This document shows, one piece after another, positions 30,291-39,499 of a stretch of 64,000 nucleotides of DNA. Source of the DNA: Candidatus Latescibacterota bacterium (lineage in GTDB: Bacteria > Latescibacterota > UBA2968); NCBI GenBank assembly GCA_965222605.1, contig OZ244960.1:5248001-5312000 (forward strand), written 5' to 3'. The notes below the pieces were generated by a model that saw nothing but the letters and a program-made list of their open reading frames with translations, did not search any database and was not told the origin of the DNA. The position numbers and the translations under genes were made by a program. The number at the start of each line of letters is the position of its first letter. Positions within the stretch are counted from its first letter, which is position 1.

Positions 30291-31276
30291 CTAGGCCTTT
30301 TGGCCAAATTCTGCAGCGAAGAGAAGAAAATCATTGAAAGAGACGGTGCCGTCTCCATCAAGATCTATCCATGGATTGTATGCTTGATCTCCTTCTTGTG
30401 AGCCAAAGGCTGCGGTGAGGAGGAGGAAGTCATTGAAGTCAACAACATCATTGCCATCAAAGTCACTACGTAATGCTTTTTTGAGCTTTGCCGTTATGGT
30501 GATGGGATTGTCTGCAAATAGGTCTTTGTTTACAACCGTATTTGCAAGTTCGCCGAAGGGGTTTGGTAGTAGCTGCATGGCTTCGTGCAGGGTGAGTGAT
30601 CTGGTTAGAAAGAGCGCATCTCTTGTTGCCGTGTAGGCAAAAGATATCTCTTTTTCTTTGAAGGTGATTGTACGGTTTTCTTTAGTGTACGTTCCTTCTG
30701 TTTGGATCACTTCTTCTGCTGTTGCCTGTATGTCCAAGAGGAATACAGCATCTATTGCTGCCTGCAACGTCATGTCTGCAATGACTTCATTTTCTTTGAA
30801 GCGCATGGTTCCGTTTGCGGTGCCTTGGTAGCTTGCCTGTATTGTTTCTTTGAGTGCTTCTGGCAGATATACCTCAAGAGGGCTATTACTTGCTCTCCAG
30901 GTACCGGTCAGTTCTCCTCCTTCTGCTGTGAATGGATTCTTCTTTTCTTCTGTGTACTGTGAGACTATTTCTACTTCTTTTTCCAGCACTCGAGGACACA
31001 GAAGATGTGCTATACCTCTTCCATATTCTCTGTCTATTCCTTCTTCTCCAATATCCACTGCACAGACTTCTAATACTTCTCGCACCTCTTTGTCCGTAGG
31101 ATAGAGCTGGAAGAGATAGAAGGTCATTGCTGCAAGACGAGATGAGGCATCAGAGGTTGTCTGTGCCGGCACTATCGTAAAACAATGCTCTTTAATGTCT
31201 CCACACGTCTGTACATATTCATTCGGCACAATCGCTTCTGTTTCTGTCACCCTAGCACTAGTTGCTGCAATGACTC
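30291..31276 (-). pseudogene. 5'-truncated subtilase-like protein with C-terminal dockerin/EF-hand domain
   Basis: TTSDAS...AVDIGEEGIDREYGRG resembles an S8 C-terminus; DFDGNDVVDFNDF and DLDGDGTVSFNDF; frame stays open up to the IS256 end. Confidence 0.65.
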
Positions 31277-32601
31277 GGTCAAGTCCAAAAAGTTCTGTAA
31301 AAAGGTAGCTCCGTGATAGGGGTCAGTGATTTTGTTTCAAGTACGTCATGTCCAGATAGCGTCTGCCAGCGATCCACTCGTCAGACCACTCCATACACAA
31401 GGCGCCGATCAGGCGTTCACAGGCTTTCTCGTTGGGGAAGATCTGGACGACATCAGCCCGTCTTTTGATCTCACGATTGAGTCTTTCCAAAAGGTTGGTG
31501 GTACGGATGCGTTTGCGATGCTGTTGTGGAAAGTCCAGGCACGTCAGGCAATGCGCCACATCGCGGTCTATTTTGTCCACGAGTTTGGGTAGTACATTTT
31601 CATAGGTATCCATCATGTCTGATAGGCGTCGCTGTGCGGTGTTGCGATCGGGCGCGTTAAAAACGTCTTTGAGCGCATCGGCGACCTCGCGTTGATGCTT
31701 AGGGGGTGTGATGCCTCTGATATTTCGGTGAAAATGGGTTTGACAATGCTGCCAAGAGGCCCCTTGGAAGTGTCGTTTGATGGCGTTTTGTAATCCTTCA
31801 TGGTGGTCAGAGATGACGAGTTGCACGCCCTTTAACCCTCGCTTTTTAAGGTCTTTAAACAAGGACGTGTAGGTGGCTTCTGTCTCGGTGTGTGCCACAT
31901 CGAGTGATAGGATGTCTCGGTGTCCACTCTCTGAGATGCCAGTCACGATTAAGACCCCCTCAGAGACGACCTGTCCCCCAGATCGGATGTAGAGATAGGT
32001 CGCATCAATGATCAGGTAAGGGTATGCCTGTTCAAGCGGTCGCGCTCGCCAAGCCTGGATGTCTGCATCAAGTTCTTGACACAGGTCAGACACCTGAGAC
32101 TTTGAAAAGGAGGTACCACACAACTGTTCTGTAATCTTAGTCACTTTGCGTGTGGAGACCCCTTGCAGATACGCCTCTTGAAGGGCAAGAATCAGGGCTT
32201 TTTCACTGCGTTGAAAGCGCGCAAATAATCCACTGTGGAACCGTCCTTCTCGATCTTGAGGGACGCTCAGTTCGATACGGCCAACGCGCGTTTTGACAAT
32301 ACGGGGTTTATATCCATTACGGTAGCCCGTACGATCTGTCGTGCGTTGGTAGGGTTCTGCCTGTAAAAACGTGCTGATCTCCGCTTCGAGAAACTGCTGG
32401 AGGAAGCGTGTCACGGCCTGATTGAGAAAATCAGGATCATTCAAAAGTGCAAATTGCTCTGGCGAAGAAATTTTAATATCTTTGGGGTAAGTCATCGTAG
32501 CCTCCAAGTTAGGGTTTATACTACTTTGTCACCCCTATTTTAAGATTTTTCTCGGAGCTACGGTGACTTTTTCAATTTTACAGAAATATATGGACTCTAT
32601 C
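31277..32601 (-). mobile_element. IS256-family insertion sequence
   Basis: Terminal IRs GGTCAAGTCCAAAAAGTTCTGTAAAA / GATAGAGTCCATATATTTCTGTAAAA (20/26); no target duplication. Confidence 0.9.
31323..32507 (-). CDS. IS256 (Mutator) DDE transposase
   Basis: YRNGY, GVSTRK, IIDA, ISDHH, CQTH, TTNLLERLNREIKRR. Confidence 0.95.
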   Translation of the reverse strand: MEATMTYPKDIKISSPEQFALLNDPDFLNQAVTRFLQQFLEAEISTFLQAEPYQRTTDRTGYRNGYKPRIVKTRVGRIELSVPQDREGRFHSGLFARFQRSEKALILALQEAYLQGVSTRKVTKITEQLCGTSFSKSQVSDLCQELDADIQAWRARPLEQAYPYLIIDATYLYIRSGGQVVSEGVLIVTGISESGHRDILSLDVAHTETEATYTSLFKDLKKRGLKGVQLVISDHHEGLQNAIKRHFQGASWQHCQTHFHRNIRGITPPKHQREVADALKDVFNAPDRNTAQRRLSDMMDTYENVLPKLVDKIDRDVAHCLTCLDFPQQHRKRIRTTNLLERLNREIKRRADVVQIFPNEKACERLIGALCMEWSDEWIAGRRYLDMTYLKQNH

Positions 32602-32842
32602 AGCAGAAGAGACAGTCAACGCAGAAGTTGCTCGTTTGATATATGAAGCCAGAAAGATGGCGAGCTTGACGCAGACTGAATTGGCAAAATTGATCGGATC
32701 AAAACAGCCCGTAATTGCACGGCTCGAAGATGCGGATTATGAAGGACATTCACTCACGATGCTTCAAAGAATCGCGATCGCATTGAATCAAAGGGTCGAG
32801 AGTAATTTCGTACCAGTGGAAGGACAACAAGAGGTCGTGTAA
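32602..32842 (+). pseudogene. 5'-truncated XRE HTH antitoxin-like gene
   Basis: AEETVNAEVARLIYEAR...LTQTELA...IARLEDADYEGHSL; frame begins at the IS256 end. Confidence 0.75.
32693..32781 (+). repeat. 89-bp exact direct repeat, copy 1
   Basis: Identical to 41583-41671. Confidence 0.95.
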
Positions 32843-33199
32843 AAGTAGCAGGCTGAAAAGCGGCATCTGTCCATAGAAACGGGATAACTCCAATCATCCC
32901 AAAATATCGAGGATCAGCGAAGATTGCTGAATTCAGAATATGTGCAAGTAGTAAGGTCCATTCCCTTCGTCCCCTTCCTGGCTGCCGGTCTACTATTGTC
33001 CGCGGCGTTTGCAGGGCCAGTGCCATTAATTACACTAATTAGAATAGTGACTGGGCAACTTTCGTCGGCTATCTAATCCAAATTAAATGATCATTTTCTT
33101 TCAATGGTCCAATTGGTTTGTATTCGCAGTCTCTTCTTCTTATCTTTCATATAGGATCTAAGGTACACACCAAATCGAGTCAAACTTTAAGAGGCTATA

Positions 33200-35605
33200 A
33201 TGCTGCGTAATTATCTGACTGTAGCGGTTCGGAATCTGTTGAAGAATAAAATCTTGTCAATGATCAACGTTTTTGGACTAGGAGCAAGTCTGTCGATCTG
33301 CCTGCTGATCATCTTGTTTGTGTCATACCAAAAAACGTCTGATGCATGGCACAAGAAGGCAGATCGTATCTATCTCACCATCAGCGACTACCGTTCGCCC
33401 GCCGACCCTGGTAGTGTTCGCTCCTACGCAACGACACCTGTGAGTCTTGCTTCGCTTCTTCAAGATGCCTGCCCACATGTAGAAGTGACGACACGGGTAC
33501 GCAGATTCCGTGGTTCCATGGGCTTTCTCGGCAGTCAAAGTCAAATTAAAGTGTCTGGCCTTTATGCCGAGCCGTCGTTTTTCGAGGTATTCGATTTCGC
33601 TCTTGTGGAGGGGAATCCCGCTACCGCGCTTTCCGAACCCAATTCCATCGTGTTTTCGCAGAACCAGTCGGTTGCATTCTTTGGAGATTCCAGCCCACTG
33701 AATCAGACTGTGATGATCGGACAGACGCCATACAAGGTAACGGGCGTCCTGGCGGATCAGCCAGGGGCTAGCTATGTACGGTTTCAGATCTTGGTGTCGT
33801 TTGAGACCTTGAAATTTGCGCCACCCGACGGAAGCACTCCTCGGTGGAGCGATGGCATGAATGACACATACACATTCTTGGTCTTACGAGAAGGTACCCA
33901 CCCAACGGTCCTGGAAAGATACTTTACACAGATCATTCAAGACCACTACTATCCTAGTACAGATGAACAGATGGAGAGGGCAAGTGTCCAATTACTGACC
34001 GACGTCAACCTGAGCGTCATGAGAGTTAACCAACTTAGTTGGATGGTTCCTGGCATGGTTGTTTATTTTGTTAGTGTTCTGGCCGCTATAATACTGATAG
34101 GGGCGTGCTACAATTATACCAACTTAATTGTGGCCAGAGCAATGGCCAGAGCCCACGAGGTGGCAATTCGGAAAGTCGTAGGTGCACATCGCAGACAGAT
34201 CATTGGCCAAATCTTGATGGAGTCGATTCTAACAGTATTGCTGGCGACGTTTTTTGCCATGTGGCTGTTGGTATGGTTAATTCCTGGTTTCAACGAGATG
34301 TCCTTTACTTCATTTTTTCCCTTGGCCCGCATCAAGCTCGACGTTCTCAAAGATCTGACGGTCTATCTCACTGTCCTTGGCTTCAGCGTAGGCGTAGGCA
34401 TTCTTGCGGGCACCTACCCCGCACTTCATCTTTCCCGATTCGTCCCAGTCTTGATCTTGAAGGGAGGAAGTTTTACAAAGGATCGAGCCAAGTCATTCAA
34501 TCGGATGTTTGTGGTGGGGCAGTTTGGCATGTCGTTATTCTTCGTCCTCTCGACCCTGTTCGTGTACCAGCAGTTCCGATATTTGGTATCGTCCGACTAT
34601 GGATTTGATCATGAAAATATAGTGAACGTACGGCTTCAGGGAGTGCGCTACGACGTGTTCCGGCAGGCGATGGAGCAATCGCCCTCAGTGGAGCTCATTT
34701 CTGGTTCCTCACAGCTTCTGATGCGGGGTACGCGATCACCACGTTCGGTGACGATTGGGAGAGGTGATCCTAAGACAGTTTTCGAATTAAGAGTGGACTA
34801 CAATTTTGTTTCGAACCTGAAACTCAAGCTACTTGCAGGCCGTTACTTCAATCGCCCGTCGGATATTCACAGGAGTGTGCTGCTCAATAGAACCGCTACT
34901 CGGCTGCTAGGTCTGGGAAACGAAGAGCAAGCGATAGGTCAAATCTTGAACGTGTCAGGGAAGAACACGAAACCTACCATTGTGGGGATTCTGGAAGACT
35001 TTCAGACATATGACATAGGCACGGATATTGATCCTGTCATACTGTTCTGTGAGCCAGCGCGTTTACAGTGGGCAAACGTGCGCGTGTTACCCGGCCATAT
35101 GCCTGAGGCGGTTGCGCACCTCGAACAGGTCTGGGCTGAGTTAGGAAGTCCTTGGAAAGTGGAGTACGATCTGTTTACGACGCAAATCCAAAAAGGAATG
35201 CTCGCTGGAGTCTATTCCGATGTTTTGCATATCATTGCTCTGATTAGCGCTTTCGGGGTGCTTTTGGCCTTACTTGGCGTGTTGGGAATAGCTATGCATG
35301 TCACGGAAATGCAGGTCAAGGCAGTTGCAATACGTAAGGTTCTGGGAGCGAGTTCTTGGCAGATCGCTGTGCTCTTGTCAAAGGATTTTCTCTTGATGCT
35401 TGTTGTGGCGGTTCTACTTGCAGCTCCTGTTGCGTGGTTTGCAAACCACCTCTGGTTAAACCAGTTCCCCCTCCGAACCACAATGAGTCCGTGGCTGTTC
35501 GGTGGTGTTGTTGCCGTGATGGTAGCAGTTGTTCTCACAGTAGTTGGGTCGCAGACGCTTCGTGCAGCGAATTCCGACCCAGTAAAGGCACTCAAACTTT
35601 TATAG
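33200..35605 (+). CDS. duplicated MacB/FtsX-type ABC permease (divergent)
   Basis: MLRNYLTVAVRN, VAIRKVxGA twice, AANSDPVKALK. Confidence 0.88.
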   Translation: MLRNYLTVAVRNLLKNKILSMINVFGLGASLSICLLIILFVSYQKTSDAWHKKADRIYLTISDYRSPADPGSVRSYATTPVSLASLLQDACPHVEVTTRVRRFRGSMGFLGSQSQIKVSGLYAEPSFFEVFDFALVEGNPATALSEPNSIVFSQNQSVAFFGDSSPLNQTVMIGQTPYKVTGVLADQPGASYVRFQILVSFETLKFAPPDGSTPRWSDGMNDTYTFLVLREGTHPTVLERYFTQIIQDHYYPSTDEQMERASVQLLTDVNLSVMRVNQLSWMVPGMVVYFVSVLAAIILIGACYNYTNLIVARAMARAHEVAIRKVVGAHRRQIIGQILMESILTVLLATFFAMWLLVWLIPGFNEMSFTSFFPLARIKLDVLKDLTVYLTVLGFSVGVGILAGTYPALHLSRFVPVLILKGGSFTKDRAKSFNRMFVVGQFGMSLFFVLSTLFVYQQFRYLVSSDYGFDHENIVNVRLQGVRYDVFRQAMEQSPSVELISGSSQLLMRGTRSPRSVTIGRGDPKTVFELRVDYNFVSNLKLKLLAGRYFNRPSDIHRSVLLNRTATRLLGLGNEEQAIGQILNVSGKNTKPTIVGILEDFQTYDIGTDIDPVILFCEPARLQWANVRVLPGHMPEAVAHLEQVWAELGSPWKVEYDLFTTQIQKGMLAGVYSDVLHIIALISAFGVLLALLGVLGIAMHVTEMQVKAVAIRKVLGASSWQIAVLLSKDFLLMLVVAVLLAAPVAWFANHLWLNQFPLRTTMSPWLFGGVVAVMVAVVLTVVGSQTLRAANSDPVKALKLL

Positions 35606-35776
35606 AGCTGACGAATAGACATTGTTGGACAGTAATGTTCCATACTTCATGTCCTGAGTTGTCGTGTGTCAGATCCCATATCAAATCACTTTCAGAGATG
35701 GAGTTCCCCCGTTTTGGTGGAGTATTTAGGGTTTGTGTTTCAAGCCTGTGATTGATGCTGGACTTGTCCCGTTTTA

Positions 35777-35903
35777 GATGCTGTTGCCGAATTCTGGATT
35801 ATGTCTCGATGCAACTAAAGATAGACTTATAGAGCCTATACCTAGGTCACATACAGCCGTTTCCAACCGCAGACACCCTCTTGACCAATTCGGCAACAGC
35901 ATA
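35777..35903. mobile_element. MITE with 16-bp perfect TIRs and target duplication
   Basis: ATGCTGTTGCCGAATT (35778-35793) / AATTCGGCAACAGCAT (35887-35902), flanked by GTTTTA(G) on both sides. Confidence 0.8.
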
Positions 35904-36090
35904 GTTTTAGAGGATATACTTGAAGGTCTATCCCAATCATCATGTACCATCAGTTTTTATAAATTTTGCCCATACTCTATGTGTCTTTCTTAATACCATA
36001 AATTACTGAGACATCCTTGATTTTGACGGTCTCATTCGCTTTTGGAGTCACACATCGCTTAATACAGCATACGACGAAGGAAAAATAAAA

Positions 36091-39000
36091 ATGTCAACAC
36101 TCAACCTTAAACCCACCCATAAGCCAGTCAAAGCGTATTATGAATCGCTCGATCAATTTGATCGACTCGGAATCACGCATGAAACTGCCGTGCGTTCGGC
36201 GTTTCAATCATTGCTCGAATCCTGTGGGAAGCAGTTTGGGTGGACGCTCGTTCCCGAACATCCGATGGCTCTCAATCGAAACAAGCGGATTGTCGTTGAT
36301 GGGGCGTTGATTGACGACTTTCGATTGCCCCATGGCTATTGGGAGGCGAAGGATATACACGATGACCTGCCAACCGAAGTTCAGCGCAAATTTGAGACGG
36401 GTTATCCTACAGATAATATTTTGTTCCAAACGCCACAACGGGCGATCCTCTATCAGGATGATCGTCGAGTACTCGACGCCGATCTGACTGATCCAAAGCA
36501 ACTCATTGAGACGCTCCAAACTTTCTTTGCTCATCGTCCGCAAGAGATCGCCGAATGGGAGGGGGCAGTCGCGCAGTTCAAAGACATAGTGCCCGATATT
36601 GGGAACGGGTTGGCTGAGTTGATACAAAAGGAACGACAGACCAACAGCCGGTTTACTTCCGCCTTTGCAGATTTTCTGGACAAATGTCGCTTGTCAATCA
36701 ATCCAAATCTCTCTGAAGTTGCGGTTGAGGAGATGCTTATTCAACATCTTTTGACCGAGCGGATTTTCCGAACCGTCTTTAACAATCCCGATTTTACCAA
36801 CCGAAATGTCATCGCCCGCGAGATTGAGACCGTGATTGATGCCCTCACATCTCAGTCCTTTAGTCGAGGTGATTTTCTCCAAAGCCTTGATCGTTTTTAT
36901 GTGGTGATTGAACGCACCGCAGCGACGATTAACGACTTCTCCCAAAAGCAACATTTTCTCAATACCGTCTATGAGCAGTTTTTTCAAGGCTTTTCAGTCA
37001 AGATTGCCGATACGCACGGTATTGTCTATACACCGCAACCCATTGTCGATTTCATGGTGAAAAGCGTTGAGCACATTTTGCGGACCGAATTTGGCCGTTC
37101 TCTTTCTGATGGCGGCGTTCATATCATTGACCCATTTATTGGCACTGGCAATTTTATCGTGCGAATTATGCGGGAAATTCGTAAAACCACGCTTGAATAC
37201 AAGTATACATCCAACCTTCACTGCAACGAGGTGATGCTCCTGCCGTACTACATCGCATCAATGAATATCGAGCACGAGTTTTACGAAGCGACAGGGCATT
37301 ATTTGCCGTTTGAGGGGATATGTCTGGTCGATACTTTTGAGTTGGCAGAGCCGCAGCAGATGGTGTTGTTCACGGAGAAGAATGCGGAAAGAGTGGAACG
37401 ACAGAAAGAAACACCGATGTTTGTGGTTATCGGCAATCCGCCTTATAACGCTGGTCAGGTCAACGAGAACGACAACAACAAAAATCGGAAGTATGCGATG
37501 ATGGATTCGCGAGTGCGGGATACGTATGCAAAAGACTCTAAAGCAACGCTAAAAAATAAACTTCCCGATCCTTATGTGAAGGCGATTCGATGGGCATCAG
37601 ACCGGATTGGGGATGGAGGGGTTGTTGCCTTTGTGACGAACAACAGCTTTCTCGATGCTGTTGCCTTTGATGGGATGCGGAAACATCTCGCAGACGATTT
37701 TGATGCGATTTATATCCTGGATCTGAGTGGAAATGTCCGTAAGAACCCAAAGCTTTCAGGGACAACACACAATGTCTTTGGGATACAAGTCGGGGTAAGC
37801 ATCAATTTTTTCGTCAAAAAGAGTCAATCAACCAATCATGTGAAAATCTTCTACGCTCGTGTTGATGAGTTCTGGCGCAAAGAGGATAAATATCTCTATC
37901 TCGATACAAAAGAACATTACCGAAATATTGAATGGAATCTGATAACGCCTGACCAGCGATACACATGGTTCACCGAAGGGCTCCACGCCGAATTTGAGAC
38001 CTTTATTACGATGGGTACTAGGGAAGCAAAATCGGCAAAGGGAGAGGTGGAAGATGTGATTTTCAAGAATTACAGTCTCGGTGTCAGTACGAATCGCGAT
38101 GCGTGGGTACGCAATTTTAACCGAAACGCGCTCACTGAAAACATAAGCAGTATGATTGATACTTACAATGAGCAGGTGTTCAAGTGGGAACGAGAGGCAA
38201 CTCGGAATGCAAACGTTGATGATTTTGTGATTTCTGATGAAAAGAAAATCAAGTGGAGTCGTAACTTAAAACGGGAATTAAAGCGAAGAAAAATCGCTGA
38301 ATACACTGAACTCAAGGTGAGAAGTTCACTCTATCGTCCTTTCACAAAATCCTTCTTGTTTTTTGATCTAATTATGAATGATGAGGTTTCCTCCTTTCCC
38401 TCTATCTTGCCCACACTGGAGACAGAGACGGAAAATCGGGTGATTTGTGTCAGCGGACTCGGAAGTAGCAAACCTTTTCAGACCTTGATAACGGAAAGGA
38501 TTCCGTGCCTTGACTGCCTTGAGAAAACTCAATGCTTCCCCTTCTACACCTACGATGATGATGGCGACAACCACCGCGAGAACATTACCGATTGGGCTTT
38601 GGAACAATTCCGTGAGCATTACCAGGATGATTCAATCACCAAATGGGACATCTTTCATTATGTTTACGGTCTGCTCCATCACCCGGAATACCGGGAGCGG
38701 TATCAGGCTAACCTCAAGCGGGAATTGCCGCGCCTTCCGTTCACACCAGAATTTTGGAGGTTTGCCAAAGCGGGGCAACGGCTATCGGAAATCCATGTCG
38801 GCTATGAGGACATGCCCGAATATCGGCTTGAGTTCATCGAAAATCCGGATATGCCGCTCGACTGGCGTGTAGAAAAGATGAGGTTTTCCAAAGACAAAAC
38901 GCAGATTGTGTACAACAATTTCTTGACTCTCGACGGGATTCCTCCAGAAGCATTGGAATATCGGCTTGGGAATCGCTCGGCATTGGAATGGATCATTGAT

Positions 39001-39192
39001 CAATACCGTGTCAAGGAAGACAAACGAAGTGGCATTATCAGTGATCCGAACAGTGAAGATGATCCGCAATACATCGTCAATCTGATTGGGAAGGTGATTA
39101 CGGTAAGTTTAGAGACTATGGAGATTGTTGAGGGCTTGCCGAAGTTGGGAATTCCTGAAAAAGAATCCGTTGAGCATGAATCTTATAAGTAA
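36091..39192 (-). CDS. PLUS-strand call superseded: see next entry
   Basis: No credible minus-strand gene here; retained only to state that antisense ORFs are shadows. Confidence 0.02.
36091..39192 (+). CDS. fused restriction-modification enzyme: PD-(D/E)xK-like nuclease + N6-adenine MTase + Type ISP-like specificity domain, no helicase
   Basis: VDG...WEAKD, GIVYTP, IDPFIGTGNF, VIGNPPY, SLYRPFTK, YRLGNRSALEWIIDQY. Confidence 0.88.
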   Translation: MSTLNLKPTHKPVKAYYESLDQFDRLGITHETAVRSAFQSLLESCGKQFGWTLVPEHPMALNRNKRIVVDGALIDDFRLPHGYWEAKDIHDDLPTEVQRKFETGYPTDNILFQTPQRAILYQDDRRVLDADLTDPKQLIETLQTFFAHRPQEIAEWEGAVAQFKDIVPDIGNGLAELIQKERQTNSRFTSAFADFLDKCRLSINPNLSEVAVEEMLIQHLLTERIFRTVFNNPDFTNRNVIAREIETVIDALTSQSFSRGDFLQSLDRFYVVIERTAATINDFSQKQHFLNTVYEQFFQGFSVKIADTHGIVYTPQPIVDFMVKSVEHILRTEFGRSLSDGGVHIIDPFIGTGNFIVRIMREIRKTTLEYKYTSNLHCNEVMLLPYYIASMNIEHEFYEATGHYLPFEGICLVDTFELAEPQQMVLFTEKNAERVERQKETPMFVVIGNPPYNAGQVNENDNNKNRKYAMMDSRVRDTYAKDSKATLKNKLPDPYVKAIRWASDRIGDGGVVAFVTNNSFLDAVAFDGMRKHLADDFDAIYILDLSGNVRKNPKLSGTTHNVFGIQVGVSINFFVKKSQSTNHVKIFYARVDEFWRKEDKYLYLDTKEHYRNIEWNLITPDQRYTWFTEGLHAEFETFITMGTREAKSAKGEVEDVIFKNYSLGVSTNRDAWVRNFNRNALTENISSMIDTYNEQVFKWEREATRNANVDDFVISDEKKIKWSRNLKRELKRRKIAEYTELKVRSSLYRPFTKSFLFFDLIMNDEVSSFPSILPTLETETENRVICVSGLGSSKPFQTLITERIPCLDCLEKTQCFPFYTYDDDGDNHRENITDWALEQFREHYQDDSITKWDIFHYVYGLLHHPEYRERYQANLKRELPRLPFTPEFWRFAKAGQRLSEIHVGYEDMPEYRLEFIENPDMPLDWRVEKMRFSKDKTQIVYNNFLTLDGIPPEALEYRLGNRSALEWIIDQYRVKEDKRSGIISDPNSEDDPQYIVNLIGKVITVSLETMEIVEGLPKLGIPEKESVEHESYK

Positions 39193-39499
39193 TGCTTTAC
39201 CTGTATGAAGTTTCATCTTAACTCGTTTATCGCATACCCTGCGCCGATAGCTTATGAAGCATGTGCCGTAATGAATCTATACGGCAAACTGCATCTATCA
39301 CAGGCTTGATACACAAGCCCTAAACTCTACACCGAAGCGGGGCAACTCCAGCTGGCTCTACACCGGTATTACAGTGTTGCCAAAGCGGCCATCCGCAAGT
39401 ACGACAAAAACACTTGACAACTACTGCCGAAAACTCCTTCTTACCAGCCATGCGTAAGAAATGGCCCTTGTAGTTCCTACACGTAGAGGAGATTAGAAG

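Larger units (their letters stand above)
35699..39350. mobile_element. transposase-free cassette bounded by 60-bp IS3-like inverted ends, carrying an R-M gene
   Basis: 35699-35758 and reverse complement of 39291-39350 match at 51/60; 5'-TG...CA-3' termini. Confidence 0.65.

Noticed and set aside
29686-31287. TCAAGTCCA direct repeat around the 1.6-kb fragment block
   Set aside because: The right copy is part of the IS256 terminal IR and the left is an IS3-like end; similarity is probably coincidental
32888-33076. Frame containing IPFVPFLAAGLLL, like a prepilin peptidase C-terminus
   Set aside because: No start and only one short motif; too weak to list as a feature
36007-36034. TGAGAC...GTCTCA inverted repeat upstream of the R-M gene
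   Set aside because: Only 6-bp arms and no controller protein nearby
36208-39069. Minus-strand ORFs inside the R-M gene
   Set aside because: Shadow frames of a well-supported plus-strand gene; the 0.02-confidence minus-strand feature entry should be disregarded
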